64,000 nt of DNA, taken from Candidatus Omnitrophota bacterium. GTDB taxonomy: Bacteria; Omnitrophota; Gorgyraeia; Gygaellales; Profunditerraquicolaceae. The position numbers and the translations under genes are program-made. The stretch's first letter is position 1. Each line of letters opens with the position of its first letter. The notes beneath the pieces were generated by a model that saw nothing but the letters and a program-made list of their open reading frames with translations, was not told the origin of the DNA and did not search any database. Where the stretch lies: the NCBI GenBank assembly GCA_028716965.1, contig JAQUOV010000003.1, positions 140,756 to 204,755 of the forward strand. Reading direction: 5' to 3'. Below are positions 40,799 through 49,151 of this stretch, piece by piece.

Positions 40799-41081
40799 TA
40801 CCTAATGGTATAGAAAACAAAAAAAGTCTTCCCCTTACCCCAGCAGATACTTTCATAATCTTGGCTTTATTTAAGGACATTGTTTTTATTTATTAAAAAG
40901 TTTCTAAAACTTCTTAATAAGATATTAAATAAAAATCCGAGTTGTCAAATATCCTTATTTCCCTTCGACATTCGGCAGCCCGGCTATCCTTTACTTCTGC
41001 TTTTTTAATTTTGGATCCGTGGCTTTGCGCCCCCCGATTACTCGGAGTTTACCTTTTCGTTACTTAACTCTTTACGTTCAA

Positions 41082-41110
41082 AGTATATATATATTTATTA
41101 TACTTGTCAA
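41082..41110 (-). promoter_or_regulatory. Candidate sigma70-like promoter for the giant gene (TTGACA, 17 nt, TATACT)
   Basis: Minus-strand -35 at 41110..41105 and -10 at 41087..41082; this implies a leader of about 275 nt. Confidence 0.3.
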
Positions 41111-41314
41111 GTAAAAATTGCCCTAAAAAAGGTAGCGCTTTCTTATGATAAGATTCTATAACCCATATACAATTGAAGTACTTTCTAGCCTACAAGAAAT
41201 AGAACTTGTTTGCTAGGTAATAAACAAAAAATTAGAGTCTAGGATAAAAGCTTTAAGTTGATATCAAACCAAAAATGTCAATTTTATTAATTATTTGATG
41301 AGGATTAAATAAGC

Positions 41315-41372
41315 GGGGACAGTTCTCCGATTGGCTCAAGAAACGTCCTTGCTTTAGGGTCAGAAACGTCCC
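41315..41372 (+). repeat. REP-like element copy A
   Basis: About 85% identical to 53541..53598 and to the reverse complement of 52933..52990. Internal GGGAC/GTCCC and AGAAACGTCC sub-repeats. Confidence 0.8.
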
Positions 41373-41445
41373 TTTTTTAGGCTAGATTGGACATTAATTT
41401 GTAGGTTATCTGATAAATTTAACAGATTGGACATTAATTCTATGA

Positions 41446-42519
41446 TTATTGCTTCAAATTATTCTTGTAGCTATCTTTGAAAGTCTGGTCATAATTCTTA
41501 GCCGCAGGATAGGATGGTAAACTCCGGAACTGTGATTGCAAATTACTGATATCTTGATTATTTGTCTGTTGATTAGCAAACATTGAAGACATAGCCTTAT
41601 CTACCGCGTAATTCGTAGGAGTATTTACAACATAGTAGAGCCCCGAAAAAGCATTCTTTATAATATAAGCGTCCTGCTTATCCACCATATTCTTCGTGAT
41701 ACTTAGCACCCCATAATTAATCAAAGCTGAAGGGACACTTCTTAAAGTAGTTATCGCGGCTCCTTGCAGCCCTTGGGTCACCCTACTAAGGTCAAAGCTG
41801 CCAATATTGGAAAAACTAAATCCGTCTGAAGAGCTACTAAGCCCTCCTACCAAACCACCTGTAACAAGACTTCCTGTTAAATTTGCTAAGCTTCTCGTTA
41901 AGGGGTCGACATTTCCTTCTTTATCCGCGCCGCTCATAAGTATAGCACCTTCAACGCTCCCTTCAAGAAGCCCTATGCCCATACCTTCAAAAGCGCTTAT
42001 TGTGCCGGCAATTGATCCGTTAAGAGTTTGAGCTACCCCTAAACCACTGCCAAAAGAACTACCATAATGTCCTGGGCTCAACCCACCACCGACAACTCCG
42101 CCTGCTATCGAGCTTATAAGAAGAGTTGACCTCGGGTCCCAACCATAATAGCTGCCTGCGACCCCTATAGCATTCTGCACCTGTCCCACAGCCGTGCTAT
42201 TTATAAAGTTAGTTCCCCAGCTATTAATGGTACTTAGGCTAGAAATCGAGTTCATAAAACCAGTTCCAAAGGTGGAATTTGGAGAAAGCGCGCCTCCAAT
42301 ACCTTGAGCGATAGCTCCACCGATTGCGGAAGAAACCAGCCCTATTGCTGTGCCTGCTGCCCATTTCCCAAAGTCAAACTCTACAAGATCCCCTCCGCCA
42401 TCCCTGCTCCTGTAAGCCAGTGAATCTCTTGGGAAAACAAATGACAAGGCAAAGGAAAATATAACGCAAACTGCGAAGACCTTAAATGCCTTTCCTTTTT
42501 TATTGCCTGAATTATACAT
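41446..42519 (-). CDS. Exported glycine/serine-rich protein (signal peptide), unknown function
   Basis: ATG 42519 with GGAGAG Shine-Dalgarno. N-terminal signal sequence, then a long G/S/A/N-rich sequence like the Gly-rich segments of the giant protein. Confidence 0.65.
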   Translation of the reverse strand: MYNSGNKKGKAFKVFAVCVIFSFALSFVFPRDSLAYRSRDGGGDLVEFDFGKWAAGTAIGLVSSAIGGAIAQGIGGALSPNSTFGTGFMNSISSLSTINSWGTNFINSTAVGQVQNAIGVAGSYYGWDPRSTLLISSIAGGVVGGGLSPGHYGSSFGSGLGVAQTLNGSIAGTISAFEGMGIGLLEGSVEGAILMSGADKEGNVDPLTRSLANLTGSLVTGGLVGGLSSSSDGFSFSNIGSFDLSRVTQGLQGAAITTLRSVPSALINYGVLSITKNMVDKQDAYIIKNAFSGLYYVVNTPTNYAVDKAMSSMFANQQTNNQDISNLQSQFRSLPSYPAAKNYDQTFKDSYKNNLKQ

Positions 42520-42554
42520 TTATTTCTCTCCTATACGCATAACCCTAAGAACTT

Positions 42555-43796
42555 TTAGGGAAAACATTTAGGGTAATCTATTTTAAACTGGTCTATCTGC
42601 TCCTGCTTCTTTTCAGCCGCGCTTCTGGCTTCAGCCGCTTTTTCTTGAAAATCTTTAGCCTGATCCTCCAAGCTTGGGATCTGTGTTTCTTCTAAATCAT
42701 CAGCTGATTGGTCTGCCTTATCCGCGGATGCATATAAAGAAGCTGCCTTATCGTGTAATTCCTGCGCTTCATCCTCCAATAACGCCGCCGCCGCATTAGC
42801 TAAAGCTGCCTTACTGCGTAGGTCCGCTATATCAAACTCCAGTTGCGCTGCTTCTTCAAGCACACAACAACAACTGCCTTCCCCATCCTCTTCACAACTA
42901 ATCATACAACCACTGCCGCTATAACAGCCCGGGATAGTTGCTTTCTTGATATTGGCTTCATTGCCTTTGTTAGCCGCTTGTGTGTTTAATTCAGCCCCGT
43001 CACTGCGCAGAAGGCCTATCTCTCCTTCCAGTTTAGCTACAATCTCCATCATATAAGGGCAAGACTGGGCCCCTGAGAAACAACCCGGGAAGTTGGTTTT
43101 GTAGAAATCAATATCCGCTTGCTTAGCATTCGCTTGCGCTTCTTTTTCCGCTGCCTGACTGTACAAAGAATCCCTTTCTTTCTCTAATACCGCTATTTCA
43201 TTCATTGTCTGGCAAGCTGGCTCGCTTCCTGATACACAACCACAACCGCTATAACAACTTGGGTTGGCTCTTTTTAAAGCATCCAACTCATTCTTTTTAA
43301 TATCTGCTTGGTCATTAAAACTCTTTGCCTCATTCCTTTTAGCCAGGGCTTGGCTGTCTTTTTGATTAGCCTTGCTTTCATAATCAGCTGCCCGAGTCCT
43401 CAACTGTTCGGCCTGTTCTCTTAATATGGCAATCTGTTTATCTAAATCCGTTGCCGCAGTATTTAAATCAAGCGCAGATTGCTCAAATGATTCCGCGCGC
43501 TCATTTAACTCCTTTATTTCGCCTTCTAATACCTCTATCTTACTTAACAGCCCGGGGCATATATCTTTAGGAGGGATAATCGGTATCGGAGGAGTACCCG
43601 GGGTATCATTATAACTAACCTCCGTAACACCTTTTGCATATTGCTCTCCTTCTCCAAATACATCCGCGCTTTCCCGAAACTTTTGCTGCATTGCCCTTAC
43701 AATATATATCCTCATCCCTATCAGCACTGCCGCTACTATGGCAATCAGGATAACGTACTCTGTAAAAACCTGCGATTTATTTACCTGCTTTTTCAT
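42555..43796 (-). CDS. Flp-family N-terminal module fused to a 360-aa coiled-coil region with repeated Cys motifs (candidate pilus-associated adhesin or tip protein)
   Basis: N-terminus SQVFTEYVILIAIVAAVLIGMRIYIVRAMQQKFRESADVFG is the same family as the small pilins. Repeated ANPSCYSGCGC, FPGCFSGAQSCPYM, IPGCYSGSGC, YPKCFP motifs between coiled-coil blocks. Confidence 0.65.
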   Translation of the reverse strand: MKKQVNKSQVFTEYVILIAIVAAVLIGMRIYIVRAMQQKFRESADVFGEGEQYAKGVTEVSYNDTPGTPPIPIIPPKDICPGLLSKIEVLEGEIKELNERAESFEQSALDLNTAATDLDKQIAILREQAEQLRTRAADYESKANQKDSQALAKRNEAKSFNDQADIKKNELDALKRANPSCYSGCGCVSGSEPACQTMNEIAVLEKERDSLYSQAAEKEAQANAKQADIDFYKTNFPGCFSGAQSCPYMMEIVAKLEGEIGLLRSDGAELNTQAANKGNEANIKKATIPGCYSGSGCMISCEEDGEGSCCCVLEEAAQLEFDIADLRSKAALANAAAALLEDEAQELHDKAASLYASADKADQSADDLEETQIPSLEDQAKDFQEKAAEARSAAEKKQEQIDQFKIDYPKCFP

Positions 43797-44682
43797 ATTG
43801 CACCATCACGGTAGTCGTATTCTTTAATATGCCTACGGATGCCTCTTTCGGTCCGGAATCTGCCAGGACTACAATACAAAGGTCGCCATGTTGATTGGAA
43901 AAATTAAGCTCTGACACAACCAAGCTCGCAGGCTTAATTGCCTGCTGCACCTTATCATTCTTCGGGTAATCATGTAACATCCCGGTTAGGTCAATCTCTC
44001 CTGAAGCCAGCTCCTTAAGAGGTTTTTCCTCTGCAAGAGACCAGCCATAATCAAGCATTTTATCCTTATAGAACTCCTTTACTTTATCAATATTATCTTT
44101 GACAAAATAGGTTGCCTGCATAAACCCCGGATTCTCCGATAGCGCGATTAAAGCAGCATCCGGATAAACCGGGGCAACATCAATTTTAGGTTTCCCCGAT
44201 AGTTTAGGAATAAAATCATCTTCAGACCGGGGCTTTTTCGTTATCCCCTTCTTTCCTCGCGCGATAGTAAATCTTGTCTTGCCATCCTGAATTGCCCCTT
44301 GCGGAAGAAAATCTATCATAAGGATCTCCCCATCTTTTTCAAAAATAGAATTCAATGTCATTATATCCTTTAAGGATTCCGGTATCTTTAAATTAGGTAT
44401 TTTTTCCATCTCTTTTAATAATTCTTTTTCCTCCCAGTCCAAAGCAGGAAGCTTTAAACGGAAAAAATCGCTTATGGCTTTGGCATCCTGGCTGCTGGCA
44501 TAATGTTTTAATACAAACTCTGTGCCGGCAATATTCCTTGTTTCCTGAAAAACTTCCTCGGCCCCCCAAGGAAGAGGGATAGAATTCCTATCCCACCATG
44601 CAGAATACAAAGGATGCGTTGATAAAAACATTATTAAAAGAAAAAAGCCGGTTAACCACGCAACTTTAAGCCTAAAAAACAT
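43777..44682 (-). CDS. Hypothetical exported protein
   Basis: ATG 44682 with AAGGAGG Shine-Dalgarno; N-terminal hydrophobic signal sequence; 20-nt overlap with the downstream gene. Confidence 0.6.
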   Translation of the reverse strand: MFFRLKVAWLTGFFLLIMFLSTHPLYSAWWDRNSIPLPWGAEEVFQETRNIAGTEFVLKHYASSQDAKAISDFFRLKLPALDWEEKELLKEMEKIPNLKIPESLKDIMTLNSIFEKDGEILMIDFLPQGAIQDGKTRFTIARGKKGITKKPRSEDDFIPKLSGKPKIDVAPVYPDAALIALSENPGFMQATYFVKDNIDKVKEFYKDKMLDYGWSLAEEKPLKELASGEIDLTGMLHDYPKNDKVQQAIKPASLVVSELNFSNQHGDLCIVVLADSGPKEASVGILKNTTTVMVQYEKAGK

Positions 44683-44691
44683 TTAACCTCC

Positions 44692-46074
44692 TTAGTACTT
44701 ATCAACATCTACTATATCGGAACCATACCTTGGATTAGGCGGATCTATGCTTCCTCTTCCTGAAAAATCAGCAACAGCATAACTGGCAGTATCGGGATAA
44801 CGGGTCTTCCATAACCCGAGGTCTGCTCCCTCATGGCTCTGTTTTGTATCAACCCGCGCGAAATGGTCATGGTCAATATCATTTATCCAGCAATCAAAAA
44901 GAAGCAAGGTATCCGCTTCACTACTGCTGCTGAATGTAAGGCCGGGCAATAATCCTGCCAAAGCTAAAACTAACAAAGCAAATGCTGCTGTTCCTGAAAC
45001 AATCGCCGCAGAGTTGCCAGCTATACCGGCAGGCAGCTCAAGCTGTGCCATCGCAGCCAAATCTATACAAGCAGCGCAACAAACAGCCGTTGGGGGCGTA
45101 GGAGGACAGCATGGAGTCTGAGGACAAGCACCAGCTAACTGATCACTAGCGAAACTGTATACTCCTGAAGCTTCAGCTAATTCTAAAGCCGCAGAATCAA
45201 TCAATAACCTGCTCGGAAGAAGTAAAAGAGTTGATATTGCCAAGGGTGGCAAGACCGTAATAGTTAACTCAAACGTATTGACATTTTTAGTAAACACATT
45301 GGAATCCACTGAATGGGACCTTCCCGGAACATCTTTCTGTCCGTCTTTCCAGGAATAATTATAGTGCCCGTTATCTCCTATGCCATCCATAAAATCAACG
45401 TAGGAATCCCTATAGCCGTTCTTTTTTAAGGTATCTGTGACATCTTCGGGAGAGCTTCCTGCCTTTAATTTAGAGCTAATACCGCTGTTAGAGAAAACAA
45501 ACCCATGCCCATTCTTGATAGCCGAACTCCTGCCTTTTATTGCCATGCGCCTGATACGAAGATAAAGATAATACTGGGCAATGCTGGCAGCGGTAATCGC
45601 AAGCCCAATAGCAATAATAGCAGTGCTGGCATCTTCTAATATTCCTGCTGCCGTCAGAGAAAGTCCGGTTGCAACATAAGCGTCGGACGCTGCAGCGCAA
45701 GAAGTAGTGCAAAAGGATGTTGCTTCAGCTGTTATTCCAAGAGATAATGCAGTTGATGCGTACGAATAAGCCATTACCAAGTTATAGAAAACAAACATGA
45801 AGGAAAGGGCTATGGACATATAAGCTGACCAATATGTAGTTATCATAAGGCTGTTTTGCACAGCCACGCTGTTAAACACATTTGCCATTATCGCCCCTGT
45901 TGCCAGGGCTCCGGCATCAGCAGCGTTGGAAGTATCTGTCTTGGTCATCGCCACCTTAGATAAGTTAACAGTAACCAGAGCCATAATTATCACGATCACC
46001 AGGACCAGTATGTATACAGGGGCAAGCTGGCCTTTGTTGTATTTATTTTTGTGATCATGGAAATACGTAAACAT
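44692..46074 (-). CDS. Membrane protein, possibly TadG-like pilus assembly protein; Cys/Pro-rich segment
   Basis: ATG 46074 with GGAGAG Shine-Dalgarno. N-terminus NKGQLAPVYILVLVIVII resembles the Tad_N/TadG N-term; CPQTPCCPPTPPTAVCCAAC. Confidence 0.45.
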   Translation of the reverse strand: MFTYFHDHKNKYNKGQLAPVYILVLVIVIIMALVTVNLSKVAMTKTDTSNAADAGALATGAIMANVFNSVAVQNSLMITTYWSAYMSIALSFMFVFYNLVMAYSYASTALSLGITAEATSFCTTSCAAASDAYVATGLSLTAAGILEDASTAIIAIGLAITAASIAQYYLYLRIRRMAIKGRSSAIKNGHGFVFSNSGISSKLKAGSSPEDVTDTLKKNGYRDSYVDFMDGIGDNGHYNYSWKDGQKDVPGRSHSVDSNVFTKNVNTFELTITVLPPLAISTLLLLPSRLLIDSAALELAEASGVYSFASDQLAGACPQTPCCPPTPPTAVCCAACIDLAAMAQLELPAGIAGNSAAIVSGTAAFALLVLALAGLLPGLTFSSSSEADTLLLFDCWINDIDHDHFARVDTKQSHEGADLGLWKTRYPDTASYAVADFSGRGSIDPPNPRYGSDIVDVDKY

Positions 46075-46076
46075 AA

Positions 46077-46349
46077 CTACTCTCCTCTTAAAACCTTATC
46101 TTCCGTCAGCTCCTCCGGTTTATGAACCGGCCACTGCAGGGTATAAGTATCAGAGGATGTCCCCGCGATTACCCTGCCGGCATTATAACTCTGCTGGCGC
46201 TGCACAATCTGCTTATTTGCCCAGAACCATATCTGCATTATCGCAGCAAACAAGAGCACTATCCCGGCAAAAACAAATGCTATTTCAATCATGCTTTGCG
46301 CAATTTCATCGCGCTTTAACTTTTTTAACCCTAAAACGGAGTAACCCAT
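46077..46349 (-). CDS. TadE-like pseudopilin
   Basis: RDEIAQSMIEIAFVFAGIVLLF matches the TadE_N consensus. Confidence 0.6.
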   Translation of the reverse strand: MGYSVLGLKKLKRDEIAQSMIEIAFVFAGIVLLFAAIMQIWFWANKQIVQRQQSYNAGRVIAGTSSDTYTLQWPVHKPEELTEDKVLRGE

Positions 46350-47113
46350 GTCTTCTCCCTGACTACCTCATTACCTGAATTACTCTGGCTATATTTATAC
46401 TGCCCGTCTGGATCAAGGTACACACCCTGCTTCACCTCATACAATATTCCCTCTTCTATTGGGGGGCTTTCATAATCGTTATCACCGGACTTCTTCTCTA
46501 CTATCTTGTACGGCACGGCAGTAACAATATCATCTTTAAGCCTAGAGGTCCTTTTATTGGTAATAGCATAGGTATCCTCGCTCTTCACATTCGTCTCGTT
46601 AAAAAGAGTATCGGACTCGGTATTCATATTTTCAGTTTGCAATACCCAATACGTCGCTCTTTCCTCGCCTGTTTCCGGATCTATCCTTTCGTGCCCTTTA
46701 ATATAATCATTATACTTAAATACTCCTTCGTCTTCATTGACCCTGAATACAAGCAAGCTGTCCGCAGATGAGCCTTTTGCCGATTTAGGTATAGCCCAAT
46801 ATACACTGGCAGAACCTGTTTGCGTAACATTACTGCCCTGCCTATAACCACCTGCCAGGTTTATCTGGTGCCTGTTCTGTAGAAGGGTATACTGCACAGA
46901 TGCCCCTGCGCCGTCTTCAGCGTATCCAGTATAGGAGTTAGCCTTCTCTAACGCCCTGCGAAAAGCCTCCATCTGCACATATTGCCTGTCATTAAGTTGC
47001 TGTATAAAAGAAAGCAGCGCCCCAAATACAAGCAATATCAAGGTGCCGAATATTGCCATCTCCGCTACTGCCTGGCCTTTCTTATTCGCGCATATCACTT
47101 TAATCACCGCCAT
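46331..47113 (-). CDS. TadE/TadG-like pseudopilin (start trimmed to ATG 47113; track ORF extended to 47227)
   Basis: KKGQAVAEMAIFGTLILLVFG, a TadE-like motif right after the chosen start. Confidence 0.55.
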   Translation of the reverse strand: MAVIKVICANKKGQAVAEMAIFGTLILLVFGALLSFIQQLNDRQYVQMEAFRRALEKANSYTGYAEDGAGASVQYTLLQNRHQINLAGGYRQGSNVTQTGSASVYWAIPKSAKGSSADSLLVFRVNEDEGVFKYNDYIKGHERIDPETGEERATYWVLQTENMNTESDTLFNETNVKSEDTYAITNKRTSRLKDDIVTAVPYKIVEKKSGDNDYESPPIEEGILYEVKQGVYLDPDGQYKYSQSNSGNEVVREKTWVTPF

Positions 47114-47540
47114 CCTCTTCAATCTCTTCGCCTGTTTCAGGGTCGTATTCAATCTCCGGGCCAGGAGCAACATATCCTTCTGAAGCAGGGACAAGATTTC
47201 CCGGCGTATCAGGAACATCTGTATCAACTATTCTACTTGTTACCTTATAGCTCACTTCCTCCAAACCTGAAACGCGCAAACCTCCACCCGTGAATAATTG
47301 GGTATCGGTAGTTAAATCATATTTACTTTCAGCATTACTTTCAGTTCTAGCAGTAGGGGAGATATCCGTCTCCTGTCCCTTTCCTATAAATACATCTGTT
47401 AAATCTTTGACCTTCCCCTGTATGCCGCGCTTAACATAAATATTCATTCCCCACAGCACCGCGGAGATTATTCCTAAAACTATCATATACTCCGCAAAAG
47501 AAGCAGAGGCCCTGCTTAGAATAACCTTCCCCTTTTTCAT
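47100..47540 (-). CDS. Flp-family pilin paralog with C-terminal acidic extension (start ATG 47540)
   Basis: MKKGKVILSRASASFAEYMIVLGIISAVLWGMNIYVKRGIQGK; starts 2 nt after the stop of the upstream gene. Confidence 0.6.
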   Translation of the reverse strand: MKKGKVILSRASASFAEYMIVLGIISAVLWGMNIYVKRGIQGKVKDLTDVFIGKGQETDISPTARTESNAESKYDLTTDTQLFTGGGLRVSGLEEVSYKVTSRIVDTDVPDTPGNLVPASEGYVAPGPEIEYDPETGEEIEEDGGD

Positions 47541-47541
47541 C

Positions 47542-47886
47542 TTACCACCTCGCCGGCTCCGCGCTAAAAGGCAAAACCTCTTCTTCGCGGCTGGTTGCGC
47601 GGCCACTTTCTATCTTGGTATCCATAATACTTTTCTTGTAATCAGTGCTATCCTCCAAATCAGTAACATAAGAATTACTTTGTATACTGACTGTGGTATC
47701 AATCGTAGTAGTAGAATCCTGCATTGCCCCGGGAGAATAAAAATAACCTCCTCCTACCTCATCAGCTGAACTCCGCATCCTGCCTGCAAGGCCACGTTTA
47801 AGATAGACCTGCATAGCGAAAAGCGCGGCCACGATTAAACTGACCATAACCACATATTCTATCGTAGATTGGGCAATATTCTTCAT
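47542..47886 (-). CDS. Flp-family pilin paralog (start ATG 47886)
   Basis: MKNIAQSTIEYVVMVSLIVAALFAMQVYLKRGLAGRMRSSADEVGG. Confidence 0.65.
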   Translation of the reverse strand: MKNIAQSTIEYVVMVSLIVAALFAMQVYLKRGLAGRMRSSADEVGGGYFYSPGAMQDSTTTIDTTVSIQSNSYVTDLEDSTDYKKSIMDTKIESGRATSREEEVLPFSAEPARW

Positions 47887-47896
47887 TTTCGCCCCT

Positions 47897-48061
47897 TTAT
47901 CTCTTGGATTCATTTAATTCCACCTGAATCTGTTTTAAGCGCGCGTTTATGGAGCGTTGTATATACTGGCGCATCGCCAATAAGGCCGTGACAATAACCA
48001 TAATCAGCATAGTATATTCCAGAAAATTCTGTGCGCGCCTGTTGTAAAAGGTATTTAACAT
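47897..48061 (-). CDS. Small Flp-family pilin, 54 aa (below the ORF-track length cutoff)
   Basis: Hand translation: MLNTFYNRRAQNFLEYTMLIMVIVTALLAMRQYIQRSINARLKQIQVELNESKR; GGGGAG/AAGGGA Shine-Dalgarno. Confidence 0.6.
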   Translation of the reverse strand: MLNTFYNRRAQNFLEYTMLIMVIVTALLAMRQYIQRSINARLKQIQVELNESKR

Positions 48062-48078
48062 TCCCTTACTCCCCTTCT

Positions 48079-48228
48079 TTATTTTAGATACGCCACACCC
48101 TTGTTGAAGTAATTATAAAAGGCGTCGCGTACGGTATCTATAAAGCCAGTAGATACTGCCAATGCCATCAGCAATGCAAGGACCACGAAATATTCAATTA
48201 CACTTTGCCCCTTAATCTTTCTTTTCAT
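48079..48228 (-). CDS. Small Flp pilin, 49 aa, canonical G/QSVIEY motif (below the ORF-track cutoff)
   Basis: Hand translation: MKRKIKGQSVIEYFVVLALLMALAVSTGFIDTVRDAFYNYFNKGVAYLK; starts 2 nt after the TadC stop. Confidence 0.65.
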   Translation of the reverse strand: MKRKIKGQSVIEYFVVLALLMALAVSTGFIDTVRDAFYNYFNKGVAYLK

Positions 48229-48230
48229 CT

Positions 48231-49139
48231 TTAAAACCCAAAGTTAATCCCGCCGCGGGCAAACTGCAGGATGATCGGGCCTCCCACAATAATCATTACT
48301 ACCGGCAAAATAAAGGCAAACAAAGGAAAGAGCAGTTTAATCGGCGCTTTTAATGCCATTGATTCGCCGTGCTGGAACCTCCTTACCCTCATCTCCTCTG
48401 CCTGTACATTTAAAGCCTCGGACATAGGCGTACCCATGCGGTCAGCCTGTATAAGCGTACGCACAAAAGAATGCACTTCAGGGATATCCACGCGCCAACC
48501 GAAATTCTTTAAGGCCTCCCGCCTGCTTTTGCCGACCTGCGTCTCGCGGTAAACCTCCCCTAATTCCCTGGTCAGGTCGCATGGTTTCAAATCTTTAACC
48601 ACGCGGTTTACCGCCAACATGAAATCCATACCACCGCTGACACAAAGGGTCAATAGGTCAATGATATTGGGCAGGTCACGCCGTATATTGTGCACTCTTT
48701 TGGATATCTTTTGATTAAGCCACATCTCCGGGATAAAGAAACCTATGGCCAAAGAAATAATCAAAATCATATTCGTCGGCATGTTGCTGCTAAAGAAGGT
48801 AAACGCAATAACCGGAACAAAGATTATCGCCAACACCTTAAATGCCAAGAACTCCAGCACCCCCATCGGCAACCCGGCTTTAATCAGCCTCCTCCTTATC
48901 GCCTCTATTGAAAAAGGGATACGCCTTTCAAAATCCTTAAACCTGGCGGTAAGAGGCAGCCAAGCATTCTCCGGCTTTACCGTGTATTTGTCCTGGCTTA
49001 ACTCCATCTCTACCTTATCATTATCAAATATCTGAGCAGGCAGGCGCATCTTTTCCAGGCCGAATATCTTAGAACCGAACTGCAACAGCACAAGATAGAT
49101 GCTGGCAGTTAAAAGTAAAACCACTAAAGCTAATGTCAT
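48231..49139 (-). CDS. TadC-like inner-membrane platform protein (T2SS-F domain)
   Basis: T2SSF-like LPNIIDLLTLCVSGGMDFMLAV ... TPMSEAL plus TM helices. Confidence 0.75.
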   Translation of the reverse strand: MTLALVVLLLTASIYLVLLQFGSKIFGLEKMRLPAQIFDNDKVEMELSQDKYTVKPENAWLPLTARFKDFERRIPFSIEAIRRRLIKAGLPMGVLEFLAFKVLAIIFVPVIAFTFFSSNMPTNMILIISLAIGFFIPEMWLNQKISKRVHNIRRDLPNIIDLLTLCVSGGMDFMLAVNRVVKDLKPCDLTRELGEVYRETQVGKSRREALKNFGWRVDIPEVHSFVRTLIQADRMGTPMSEALNVQAEEMRVRRFQHGESMALKAPIKLLFPLFAFILPVVMIIVGGPIILQFARGGINFGF

Positions 49140-49151
49140 CCAGATTCTCCT

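Noticed and set aside
40600-40700. Flp-like AQAVEY motif near the N-terminus of the giant protein
   Set aside because: The hydrophobic helix precedes rather than follows the motif, the opposite topology to Flp prepilins; likely coincidence.
47542-47913. ORF-track N-terminal extensions of pilin genes (47913, 47606, 50465, 50733, 50936, 47227)
   Set aside because: Internal ATGs with Shine-Dalgarno sequences place the conserved Flp signature at the proper distance from the start. The extensions overlap upstream genes.
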